A DNA stretch of 64,000 nucleotides from Amphiscolops sp. MND2022 (Eukaryota), in contig OZ076421.1 in NCBI GenBank assembly GCA_964187785.1, positions 56,668,001-56,732,000 on the forward strand, read 5' to 3'. The notes under the pieces are model-generated. The model searched no databases and was not told the DNA's origin. It was given only the letters and a program-made list of their open reading frames with translations. The translations under genes were made by a program, and so were the position numbers. Positions 49,417 through 60,760 of this stretch are shown here, piece after piece. Numbering within the stretch: position 1 is the stretch's first letter; each line of letters opens with the position of its first letter.

Positions 49417-52400
49417 ACACTATTCAGACTCTCTTTGCTTCAAAACAGACTTACCAGATGTTTCAGGTCTCAAAAAAAGCGATTTGTTTTCTGTCGCAGT
49501 CCAATTGCACAACCCCGGCAGCTGCAAATGGTTTGAAGAGACCTTTAGGGCGAATACTACTCGGACACCAAATTTTGCAACAAGATTTATTTAATTCCTG
49601 AACAAAGTAAGTAATATCGATATCTGGACCACTCTCGCAGATGTTCATGACCACAATGACTGCCGAGTCTTGCCAATGCATCTTGCCATTGGAGACTTTA
49701 TAGGACATGGGAATACCTTAATGACAGACTTCAATCTCCTGCAACGAATCCAACAAGACCTTTAGATATCCTTCAGCACAGAACATCTTTTGTGGAGATT
49801 TGCCAGAGTTACAAAGTTCTTCATCGGAGATGACGAAATCCCAACAGTAGCTCTTGCTTTCAGCGGACATTTTTTTCGAAATTTCCAAATGACAATTTTA
49901 GGCTCCGAAAACTTCCAAAAATTGATTTGACTGTGAATGGAACACTGACCACTTTTTGCTAAATAAAGAAGATCAAACGTTATCACAATTCGCACAGTCT
50001 GATTCACTCTGTGGAATCTTTGTCATAAACTGTTTGGGCTACGGACAGCTAAACAAGTTATTTCCATCCTTATCCTTATTTTCCTCTAGTTCATGGGAAT
50101 AGATTATTTTTTGCTGTAATTTATGTCTCTTTTACTTCATGGCTAATCATTGGACTTCTATTTACCTTTTTCATCATTTTTATTTCGAATCGAGACACAT
50201 GTTGAAATGTTTGAGCTCGATAAGTCACTCAGGAGCCAAGATTCGAACTGCTCGAATCATCCAATTAGTACGCCATCGTACTTCGAGGCGTACTCGCAGC
50301 TCCACGCACACAAACTCAGGTTGCACATCCGTCCAAATACGCGCAGTAAGAGGTACGGGAAGTAGACGATGCACCCAGCGTTCTGATGAGTCCAGAACAC
50401 TTTACGGGCCTGTTTCCTGGAGAGACTTCCCACAAACTAGATCGTCTCAGAAAAGGACTTTTTTCGATCGCGCACATCAACGTTGTTGAATACAGACAGA
50501 TCATGCGAAAGTTTCTCTTAGCAACGAGAGTGGAAAATGATTGTGCTTCATTAGCAGCATCAACAAAAATACTTTTGGAACTCGATTTTTCCACGCATCA
50601 CTCAGCCTCTCTAAATTCACCACTTCTTTTACTCACTTCTTCCGCAACAAATACTGAACACTTTGTTTTCACTCCTGTGCTAAGCCAAACCAATTCTAAG
50701 CACAACCCCACCTCACCCTCTTTCATGTCTCAGAAAGCTGTCTCATTCAGTTTGTCATTTTAGGATGTATTTTTAGCAGAGCGAGAAATTTATGTGTTGT
50801 TTGCATCATAATCGTTACCTCTTCACGAGCCTCATTGAGTTTCTGAATTGAAATGTCCTCGATCCATTGAACTCTCAGGTTGCATGATCTCGTTTCTCAA
50901 TTCTTTTTGTTTCCTATCTTGGTTGGAGTTTTTTTTGTCTGTCGCCCGAGCTGGGGGCACATGATGAATAAAGAAGCGTTTTTCTTAAAATGCTGATTGA
51001 TGACGACCATCCAATTCTGATTATACTTTTTAGCAGAACAATCGCTGAAATAATTTGACACCTAGTGTAAATGGGCGAGCAGTGCAAGTTTCCTGCTGCT
51101 CGCGACTTTGGGAAAAATGTAAAAAGTAGAATATTCCGTGAGAAGAGCTTTTGGTAATTTTAAGGTTTGTTGAAGTTGATTGCATAGTCTACATAGTGCT
51201 ACAGAAGAATGCGAGAAGCAACTATTAACGTATTATGAATAGTAACCAATATCTCGATACACTTGCAAAACCTTTTAGTGCGAAACTGCCAATACTCTTC
51301 ACACATCCTTTTACCTAGTATATACAGTGCTGTGATAAAGAAATGGAACATAAGGCTGTGATAAAGAAATGGGACTCTCCAATTTTACCTCTATTGTTGC
51401 CTAAATAAACAAGGCATCGAGGGTTTAATTGACATGGCCTCCTGTCGTTGTTTGATTTAATAGACGCTGATAATCATTTTGTTAACAAAATGCCTCCGCG
51501 TGTTCATTTAAAGACAACTTTGTAAATGGCAGAATTAAAAGTGGACGAATGGTCCAATGACAATATCCGTTGATGGTTGCAAATGCTGATTCTGCCACAT
51601 GAATTGTTTTCTTTTTGTAGTTTCAGCTATTCTAATTCATCAGCAAAAGTATTAAAACTGCCTCGGTTTTATTTATCCTCTTTCCCTTAAGTGCTCTTAA
51701 CGGCTTTTTTGGGCCGCTTTTGTTCCCATCTTGCTGAACGGCGCGATCGTGGTAGGAGCTGGTCCTTGCGACGGTGAAGTTGAGCGTGTGTACACCGCAT
51801 ATGCAAGAAATGCAAGGTATTGACGATATCGATTTTGGAAGTCAAAATGGCCACAAAAATCCGCATTTTCACTTTCGACATTTAGACTTGTATCCGTGAG
51901 AACTTCTCTTGGTGCCTCTTGGTTTCAAGAACTTTTGGGTAGTACCATTTGGGTAGTAATAATTGACTTCACAAGGGATCGCAAGATTAGCAATCATAGG
52001 TTCGATCTCGACACTTTCAGTCTGTTATCGATCTCGAATATCGACATTCTCGAGGGCCTAATCTCGATCTCGAGCCCTGAGCAGAAGATGCAAATGTCGA
52101 TCTCGATATCCTCTTGCAATCCTTGGAGTGCACCAATAGATCTAGTTCCAACAGATTATTCTCTTGTTTCTCTGTCCTTCACACTTCGGGTGACTGTAAA
52201 CGTCTTTTGATATGTTCACGGACTCCGGACTAGGCTAAAACCGGGACCGACGTGAACAGTTTCTCATAGTTGCGTACGCAACCTGATTCGAAGATCTTCA
52301 ATACAATTGTGAAGTGAACTGGCTGCAATAACCTTGAGACTACTCTTTCGCAATTATCTTCTCCGTCGCAATATCATCGATGACTTCGAAAAAGAAAATA

Positions 52401-53849
52401 TGAATTTGATTTTAGGTGTTTTTTCTCGATCTGCTCTTCATGTAGTATAAAGCAAATATAGCAGAAGCGTATGGTAAAATTTCAGTCTCGAAAGAGAATT
52501 AGGTCTCTTTTTCTTTCTCTATTAATCTCGAAACGTCTTCTGGTCTGGAGCAGGGACCGTAGTTTTGAGCGCAAAGTGTTGCTAAATTATAGCCTCATTT
52601 ATGCGCTCAACTATGGCAGATCATTCGGCAAAATATGCTATTTAGAGGCTCTTGCTGGAAATTATGCGCTCGTTCGCATCAATGTATCGTTCGTTCTAAC
52701 GAATGAATTTGGAGATTATGTACAAAAGCATCAAATCTTTTGCTGACACAAAACAATTTTAGCATTTAGGTCGCATCAAAATGAAGGGTTGTCAAACTTT
52801 GCAAGATGAAAATGAAAATCTTTGGTTTTGATGCTACCCAAATGCTGAATCCTCGCTGCAATCCCAAACTAGTGCTCTCGGCATTCAATGGAACTTCATA
52901 GCCCAAGTGCTTCATCTTTCGGAGGTTTATGGGAAGCGGCAGTGAAAAGTGCTAAGAAACACTTGCGCAGAACGATGGGCAACAGTGTTCTGACATCTGA
53001 CGAGTTGACAACCCATTGTTGTCAGATCGAGGCAGAGCTAAACTCGCGCCCAATCAGTGGAATGTCCGATAATCCCAATGAGGTTAAACCACTAACACCA
53101 ACACATCTTTTTATTGGACACGGACTAGATGTGTTACCTTCCGTTTTACTGGACCAAGCCTACGACGTGGACAACTGTAGCTCCTCGAAGAGCTTGTTTC
53201 ACATTCAAAATTTTCATTTGCGTTTCTGGAACCGATGGACATAAGACTATGAAACTACATTACAAGAAATAAGCAAATAGAGACAAGAAACAAGCAATTT
53301 GAAAGTGGGTGACCTAATTTTGATCACTGATGACAATTCAATTCAGCACCTCTACAGTGGCCAATTGGTTGCGTCCATTACGTCTACAGGGGTCCCTACA
53401 GTGCAGTCAGAGTAGTCAAGGTGAAAACTCCAACCGGAAATTACAATCGGCCTGTTCACAAGCTGAAAAAAATTATCTATTGAAACATAAATTCGTCAAT
53501 CTTTATTAAAACACCCTGTAAAGAGTTGTTTGTCAATGCTCCCTTCTCTCTCTCAACTCGTCTGATGATATATTTGTACGTCATGTGACTTTTTATTGGT
53601 TTTTGCCACGCAATATCAACGCGGGCGGTATGTCGCATTTATTAATCCTAATGAAATTCAAAATGATTCCTCAAAGAATTGGAAAGATTTATCGGATTCG
53701 TTTGCAGAATTTCGAGCTGTGCAATTTGAAACAACATCAAGTGAAATACTTTGGGAAGAAGTGTGTTTTTGTATTTGTACATTTATAAAGCATCAAAGCG
53801 TTCCTCATCTTAGGAAAACTTGGACCGTCTCTTCCCCTACTTCTCCCTC

Positions 53850-54395
53850 GCAAACCTGGCGCTCTCATTGTAGGCCTCACTTCTTGACGCTGATATTGCA
53901 CCCCAGGCGCAGAACTTGCTCTTCCTTAGCCTCCTCGATCTTCAGTGTGAAGGCCATCGAAGCAGCTGGCCCTGGTCCTGTCGATACATGGCGTGCTGTC
54001 ACGGGGGAACAGGACCACAACTCCTGGCTCCTAGATGTAGTACACTACGTGTTCCCGAAACTGCAGCAAGTCATCCCGGAGCGTACTAGGCAGGGAACGA
54101 AGCCTTGCTAATGGAGGCACGATACGTTTTCTGCACAGTGCCTTCACCTCGCCACCTGCCTGAGAACGCTTCCTCCCGGGTTGGAATCTATGTGCCACCC
54201 ACTCCATGCCCAACCACCACCTGCAAGGAGCGACACGTGCTCAATGGAGTGCCTGCTAACATCTTAAACAACCTCCACATACTGCTCTTTTAGCGGGTCT
54301 CGGTATAGGGCCTCAAACCGCCAGGGAGCCTCTGGAAGACCATCTAAAGCAGCGTCCTTCATCCGTGTACCCTTGAAGGTTGACAGAAGCTGCTT
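53850..54395 (-). pseudogene. Decayed JmjC/cupin-like 2OG-Fe(II) oxygenase fragment
   Basis: Manual translation: LLAGGGWAWSGWHIDSNPGGSVL (HxD at 54186-54194), YYI*EPGVVVLFP (TAG probably from CAG), and after -1 shift TARHVST. GC ~58% in sampled lines versus much lower flanks. Confidence 0.45.
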
Positions 54396-55265
54396 CTAAC
54401 TACGGAAACAGACTGCAACCCTCCTCGCTGCTCCGTTGGTGTAACGTACCACAGGATTGTCACGTATAATAATGGGGATATTCTGTTGCCTCAAGAAATC
54501 CCTTATGCCCCACCTTCACCCGAGTCAAAGGAAGTCTCCCAGACTCCAACTTCATTGTCAGGCTTAATGCAGTCGCAAGCTCTTTCATCCCGAAAACCTT
54601 CAGTCTTTCTTCATATATATTAGTCGTCTAAATTATGATTCATAAATTTTTTTTGAAAACGAAATTTTGAGTTCATAAAAGTTCACACTGAACACGAGTT
54701 GATTGCTGTTTTGTTTTGAGTGACCTTTTCCGACCCCATTCGCATTGCTCCTGCCCCGAAACAAGTTTTACATTGCCTATTTGTTAAGTAGACCGAATTG
54801 GACAATTTGTTTTGCAAATGCACACAACATATTTGTAAGCCAATAAGCGCGCAGTTGCATAATTCCAAATTACCTAATCATGTGTCTTTTGTATCGATTG
54901 ACTGGTACAGGAATTCCAAATTTTTGTGCTTCATTGTCAAAAATCCTACCTCATGAGGAGAGCTGTGAACTGCCTTGAACTGCAGATACATGCAAAAAGC
55001 AATAACCTTTCAGTTTAATGAAGCTTTTAAGGCATACACTCCGTTTTGCTTGAGTCTCTTCAGCAGAATATCGAAGTATTTTTTTCCTGATTGTGATCAG
55101 TTGATCCGCCATTATAAAACCAAGAGCGAGTCTAGTTCATCAGCTACACGCAAGGCAATCTCGCAGCCAACAGAGGGCCATCGGCGAGAATGTATGGAAA
55201 ATAATGCTTCTGGGTATCAGGCGCTGAATTATGGAACTCACTACCATGTGCGTATTGAGCCCTTG

Positions 55266-58200
55266 TGTTAACAACCAATGAAGGCCAAAGGACCATTGAA
55301 GGTCAACCAACTCAGACTATACCAGACTGAACTAATTTAATTTATCATTGTTGTTTGTAAACATGTACCTCTAATTTTATCTTCAGATGACTGAACCACT
55401 TTCTCAACACATATCTCAAATAAAAGTATTGACAACAATCGATCTTCAATATTCCGACAACCCAGCCACGATCAGAAAGAGTTCAGATCCTATTACGTTA
55501 TGAACCCAGCAGTTTGGGAAGTTTGTTTTTTTCAACCTGTTTTTCGCTTACTCTCAGTATGCTCGTCTGATTGTTATTTCTCATTCTCAGTTTTTGCTTT
55601 TTGCGTCGCGGATATTGACAATTTTGCTATTTATGCCGTCCGTTACCGTCATTTTGCTCTTGTTAACTTTGTAGCTTATCTTCGTGGGAATTCTTGTTTT
55701 GTTTTGCTGCCCCACTTTTGTTCCAACTACTTTCTGCTGCCTGTTTCGGGCTTTGGTTTGGAGTTTGTGAGTTTGGATCGACCTTTGCAGTACTCCAGTA
55801 CAGTGGCAAGGAAGAAGACTTCGTGGTGTGGCAAGAGCGAATCGAGGGGTTCTGTTTCACGAAGAAGCTGCTGAACGTGCTGAATAGAACAGATGCTGGC
55901 ACGAATGACAAGAAGTACGAAATATCGGCGTACTTGATACTGTGTCTCGACAGCCACAGTATCCTGATGCTGACGAACGACTGCAAAGGTGATGGACCGA
56001 AGGCATGGAAACAACTGCGGGACCACTTCAACAGCACCGAAACACCGAGGTTGTTGAACCTATTGGAGAAGTTCACAACCCTGCGATTGGAGCCCATGGA
56101 GAGCATGGTTGACGACCTGAGTATGTTAGTAAGCAGTTGGAGCTCGCTGGTGAGAAAGTTTCTCAGAACATGTTACCTTCAATAATTCTCAAGGGTTTGG
56201 GTTCCGAATGTGACTATTTCAAAACTGTGCACGTTTTTTCGAAAGTAGAAAGCGGAAGTTAAAGAGGCATTAAAAAATTTCGAAAGTTCTAGTAACCTAC
56301 AAACTGCGACAGCTACCTTTTTGCTCTGTAGATAAATTTTGCTTCGTTATCCAAAGGAACTGCTGCAAAAAGATCCTCGCGTAAACCTGAAAAATTCACT
56401 GGGAAGTGTAGGCGTTGCGGTTAAAGTGGACATAAACAAGCCACGTATAGAGTTTCCCAGTGCAACTTTTGCAGGCGTTTTAACCATAAAAGAATAAATG
56501 ATTCGAAAAACCCTCTTTTGAACCCTAGGTCAAGTGCTGAGACAGGAGACTCAAATCTAGCTGAGGACCTTTTTTGTTTTGCGATGGTAGTGAGACTGCA
56601 CTCACAAGCCAAAATTGCGAGGTGAAGTACAACACTTTGGTCATCGATTCTGATGCTTCCTCGCATATGTTTTTGACCATTCCCTGTTCTTCGACTTTAG
56701 CGAAGAAACACAATGCGGAAACGAATGGGACTTTTCCGCAAATCGAACGTTGTCTGACATTTTCCGACAGTCTTTTTCTTCCTGATCAATCGCATAACTT
56801 GATCAGCGTTAGCAAGTTGAGACAAAACGGGGCTCAAGTGGAATTTAGACAATTTCTGACCTTTTTGTCAATGAAAAAACAACTATGCCTTTTAAAGAGC
56901 ACGCTAATCTTTACGTTTTGAAACGAAAGACATTTGATCTTTGTTCTTTTTCCGGCGAGAACGAAGAAGAGGTGTTATGGCATCATCGCCTTGGTCACAA
57001 CCATTTCAAAAATGTGAAACTTTTGGCTCATCATGTTTCCGGAATGAGCTTGAAAAGCAGTGCTTTTGATGAATTTTCTTCTTGTGAAGTTTGAAAAATT
57101 TCTAAGTCACGACAGCAACCAGTATCGCAAAAAATGGAGGAAAGAAAATCTTCGGAACTTGATCTCGTTTTTACTGACACTTTGGGACCAATGTCAACTA
57201 CTTCGCTTGATGCAACTGATACGCTATTTCTCTTACGGATAGCTACAGCAGGTACTCAGCTGTATTCTTCCTCAAACTGAAGGAGGAGTGCCTAGATAAG
57301 TTCAACGTTCTTTGTGCGCACTTGGGAACGCCCAGAGCAATCCGATCTGATAATGGGAAAGAGTACATTACCAAGTCTTTTCGAAGTGTTTGTAAATCAA
57401 ATCGAATCAAACGTGAGCATACTGCCCCTTATTCCCCTCATCAAAATGATGTGAGCGAACGTTGCTGGCCAACAACAGTCGAAATAGCTCGCTGCATACT
57501 AAAAACAGCCAAACTCGGCAATGAAAATTGGGTTCGGGCGTTACAAACTGCTTTTTACATTTCAAACCGTTGCCTCACAGCAAGTTTACCCAACGGTAAA
57601 ACGCCCTTCAAAGTGTTTTTTGGTGAAAAACTAGATCTTTCTAATCTGAAAGTTTTTAGTTTTACTGCTTTCAACGATATCGAAACGCATCAAGACACAC
57701 TTTCCGATTAAGCAACCAAAGACGTTTTTGTTGGTTATTCCGAGGCTTCCGAAGCATAAGAATTGTACAACCTTTACTCTGAGAAGACTTAGTTTTCCCG
57801 CAAAGTGTCCTGTGATGAGACTTCTTTTGAATTTTTTGCTGCGCACCCAAGTCAAAACATCCGATCCTTTGTAACCAAACACCTGGCACCGAAACAAGTT
57901 TTGCCTGAAACACAGATACGTTTTTGCGAAAAGTCTTCAGTTCCTACTTCACCGACTAAACACTGAATGATTTCGCAACTGAAACATTTCCTTCTCCCGT
58001 TGATGTTGTTTCATCTGGAAACATTGATGCCATTGAAATTAGTGTTTTGTCGCGGTCTCGAAGTGGGAGAGTTACATGAATCGCTTGTGTATCTCGACGA
58101 CTACGTTCTTTTAACGGATGACAGCGATGAGAACGACAGCGATGAGAACTTATCGTGAAGCAATGAAGTCATCGCTTAAAAACGAATGGATCGAAGCTAC

Positions 58201-60167
58201 TCAAAACGAGTACAATGCGCTCATTGGGAACAAGGCATGGGTGCTTTCTCCGCTTCCCCCGGGCCAAAAAGCAATTGGATGCCCATGGGTTTTTGAAATT
58301 AAGCAACCCAACGACAGTACTATTGAGAAATTCAACTCTCGTTTTGTAGCCCAAGGGTTTTCGCACGTTTTTGGAAGCGATTACAATGAAACTTTTGAGC
58401 CCACTGCCAAACTTTGTACCTTGAGGATTTGGTTTGCGCTCGCTGCTTTTTGGTTGATTTTTGTTTTACAGTTAGACGTCCGTTCAGCCTTCCTCAATGC
58501 GAACTTGAGTGATGAAATTTACATAGAACAACCAGAAGGCTTTGCGCAATCGGGAGCTAATGGTGAAACAATTTATTGCAAGCTTCAAAAATGCCTTAAT
58601 GGTTTAAAGCAAGCACGCACGGAATGGAATAAAACCTAAACCCAGTGGTTTTCGAAGAACGATTTTGTACAGTCCCTTGATGATCATTGTCTCTTTCGTT
58701 GAGATGGGACCAATGGATCCCAACTTTTTGTACTAGCTTGGGTCGACGACACTTCGTTTTTTCCAAACAGCGACAAAATGCTGCTTGATTTCGAGGTGAA
58801 ACTCAGCGATGCATTCAACATCGATGGACGTGGGAAAAAGACTTGGTTTTCCGGATGCAATGTTGAACAGTCACGCAGTCGCATTTCTGTTAGCCAGCGG
58901 TCATAAATGAACAAAATTTTGCGCAAAAGCCATATGTCTGATAGTAAACCAGCCAATACGCTTCCTATACCCCAAATAAAAAAGGCTAAATTGGACTGCC
59001 CCATCGAAGGTAGCGACAATTCACTTGAGTTTCGCGAACAGAAACAATATCGTAGCTTAGTTGGGAACTTAATGTATTTGCACGTTGTTAGTCGACCCTA
59101 TATTTGGTTTGCTGTCTAAAACTTAGCGCAATTCGTGTCAAATCTAGGTAAAGCCCATTGGTGTGCATTGAAAAACCTTCTCCGTTTTCTCAAGGGCACC
59201 GAGTCTCTATCTCTTTTGTAAAATCGCTCTGAGAATATCGAACTTTTTGATTTTTCGGATTCCGATTGGGCCACCGACAAGGATGATCGCAAGTCAACTT
59301 CGGGTTTTTGCATCAAACTAAGTCATTTTGTTAGAGCTGTCTCTTGGGCGTCCAAAAACCAAGGGTGTGTGGCATTTAGCTCTTGTGAAGCCGAGTATGT
59401 TTCGTTGGCTTTGGCTGCACAGGAAGCAGTCTATTTAAAAGGCTTGCTCACTATCTTCTGCTTGATGACGGTGGACACGCCTGATCTGTTGTGTGCGGAC
59501 AACCGAGGGGCACTCGCACCGGCCAGCAACCCTGTCGCACACAAACGTGCTAAACACATAGAAACCCGACACCACTTCATCCGTCAACTGGTTGATGACA
59601 ACCGGATTCAACTGTCTTATGTCTCCACAAAGAACAACTTCGCTGATATCTTCACCAAGAACTTATCCAAGCCTGCCTTCAATGAGCTCTCATGGCCACT
59701 CTTCGTCATTCAACCACCTCAGTCATCAACTTAACCCTGCCTCCTTCACAACTCAATTATTTTACATGACACATTATTATGTTTATTTTACAGCCAGGAC
59801 TATGACGACTTTCAGCTTCTCCTCAACTGATGGATAGAGCCCTCTCAACCGCTGCCTCGACACGACAGAAGGTCAAGCACAGTGGTTCGCCATCATCAAG
59901 CACCAGCAAACCTCGGAGACTCTAATCGAGCGGGGGTGTTAGAGACCGATGAAGGTCAAAGGACCATTTAAGGTCAAATAACTCAGACTATACCAGACTG
60001 AAATAATTTAGTTTCTTATTGTTGTTGGTAATCATGTTCCTGTTATTTTTATCTTCATTTGAATGAATCACTTTCTCAACAGACATCTCAAAATGAAGTA
60101 ATGACAATAATCGATCTTCAATAATCCGACTACCCAGCCACTATCAGAAGGAGTTCATGCCCTAACA
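55266..60167 (+). mobile_element. Full-length decayed Ty1/Copia element (copy A)
   Basis: LTRs 55266-55496 and 59937-60167 (~231 bp, roughly 80% identical), PBS-like GTTATGAACCCAG, PPT GAGCGGGGG, INT located before RT. No matching TSD. Confidence 0.93.
55790..59734 (+). pseudogene. Copia gag-pol (fragmented)
   Basis: DGPKAWKQLRDHF (Gag), CRRCG*SGH knuckle, IDSDASSHM (PR), LWHHRLGH, IRSDNGKEY...QNDVSER (INT), FVAQGF...QLDVRSAFLN...LNGLKQ and WVDD (RT), SDSDWA...SSCEAEY...KHIETRHHF...ADIFTK (RH). Confidence 0.93.
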
Positions 60168-60254
60168 GAGACGCGTGATAAAAATTTCACTGCTCTCACC
60201 TTTTTCAACTATCAGACATCCTTGATCTTCGTCATTAATCAAGTGCCATGTGTA

Positions 60255-60443
60255 TCATGATGTTGCGGGGAAAACCCTGCTTCTCTCGCCTAAAGAACCT
60301 CGTACTTCCGTGGCCACAGGTTGAAAAATGTATCCATTGTCTGTTAATTCGCAATACTTCTCAATTTTACCTGCTTTAGCATCTGTGGCGGTGGTTCCCG
60401 GATTGTATAGAAATTGGAGTTGTAATGAACGCTTTTTTAACAC
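60255..60443 (-). pseudogene. Relic of RLE-type non-LTR retrotransposon endonuclease C-terminus (CRE/NeSL/R2-like)
   Basis: ATDAKAGKIEKYCEL...YIFQPVATEVRGSLG matches the K..KY..L...F.P.A.E..G..G signature. Confidence 0.65.
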
Positions 60444-60531
60444 TCAAAGCGTTCCGAATAGGTATGTTTTCAATCATTCTATTCTTGGAAAGTGTCAAAT
60501 GAAGGGCTCAATAAAAGTGCTCAATATAAGG

Positions 60532-60760
60532 TGTTAGGGCCTGAACTCCTTCTGATCGTAGCTGAATTTTCAAAATTTTGAAGATCGGTTGTTCAATATT
60601 CTATTTTGAGATATGTGTTGAGAAAATGATTCAATCAAATGAAGATAAAAATAACAGGAACATTCTCTCAAACAACAATATAAATCTAAATTAGTTCAGT
60701 CTGGTATAGTCTGAGTTGGTTGACCTTCAATGGTCCTATGACGTTCATCGGTCTCTAACA
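60532..60760 (-). repeat. Copia B 3' LTR
   Basis: Reverse complement of the 59937-60167 LTR (TGTTAGAGACCGATGAA...CCCTAACA). Confidence 0.93.

Larger units (their letters stand above)
41400..53630 (+). mobile_element. Old decayed BEL/Pao element interrupted by insertions
   Basis: ELEEDS...CEKH (~41.95 kb), KLDVVFDGSGK..KSLDNTL...SDIEKV (~42.4-42.55 kb), RH/INT traces at 49.4-50.6 kb, and FGGLWEAAVKSAK...LNSRP...LTPTHLFIG...RFWNRW (52.9-53.25 kb). PPT-like GCGGGCGGTA then TGT at 53631 marks the 3' LTR start. Confidence 0.75.

Noticed and set aside
49463-50007. Minus-strand ORFs initially read as BEL protease/gag
   Set aside because: The + strand better continues the interrupted old BEL RT/RNase H across the ACACT TSD, so these ORFs are probably antisense shadows.
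51335-51378. Duplicated GCTGTGATAAAGAAATGG
   Set aside because: An isolated short tandem duplication with no element boundary evident.
53596-54111. 171-aa + strand ORF
   Set aside because: No recognisable motif. It spans an LTR start and the GC island, and the opposite strand gives the more interpretable JmjC-like motifs.
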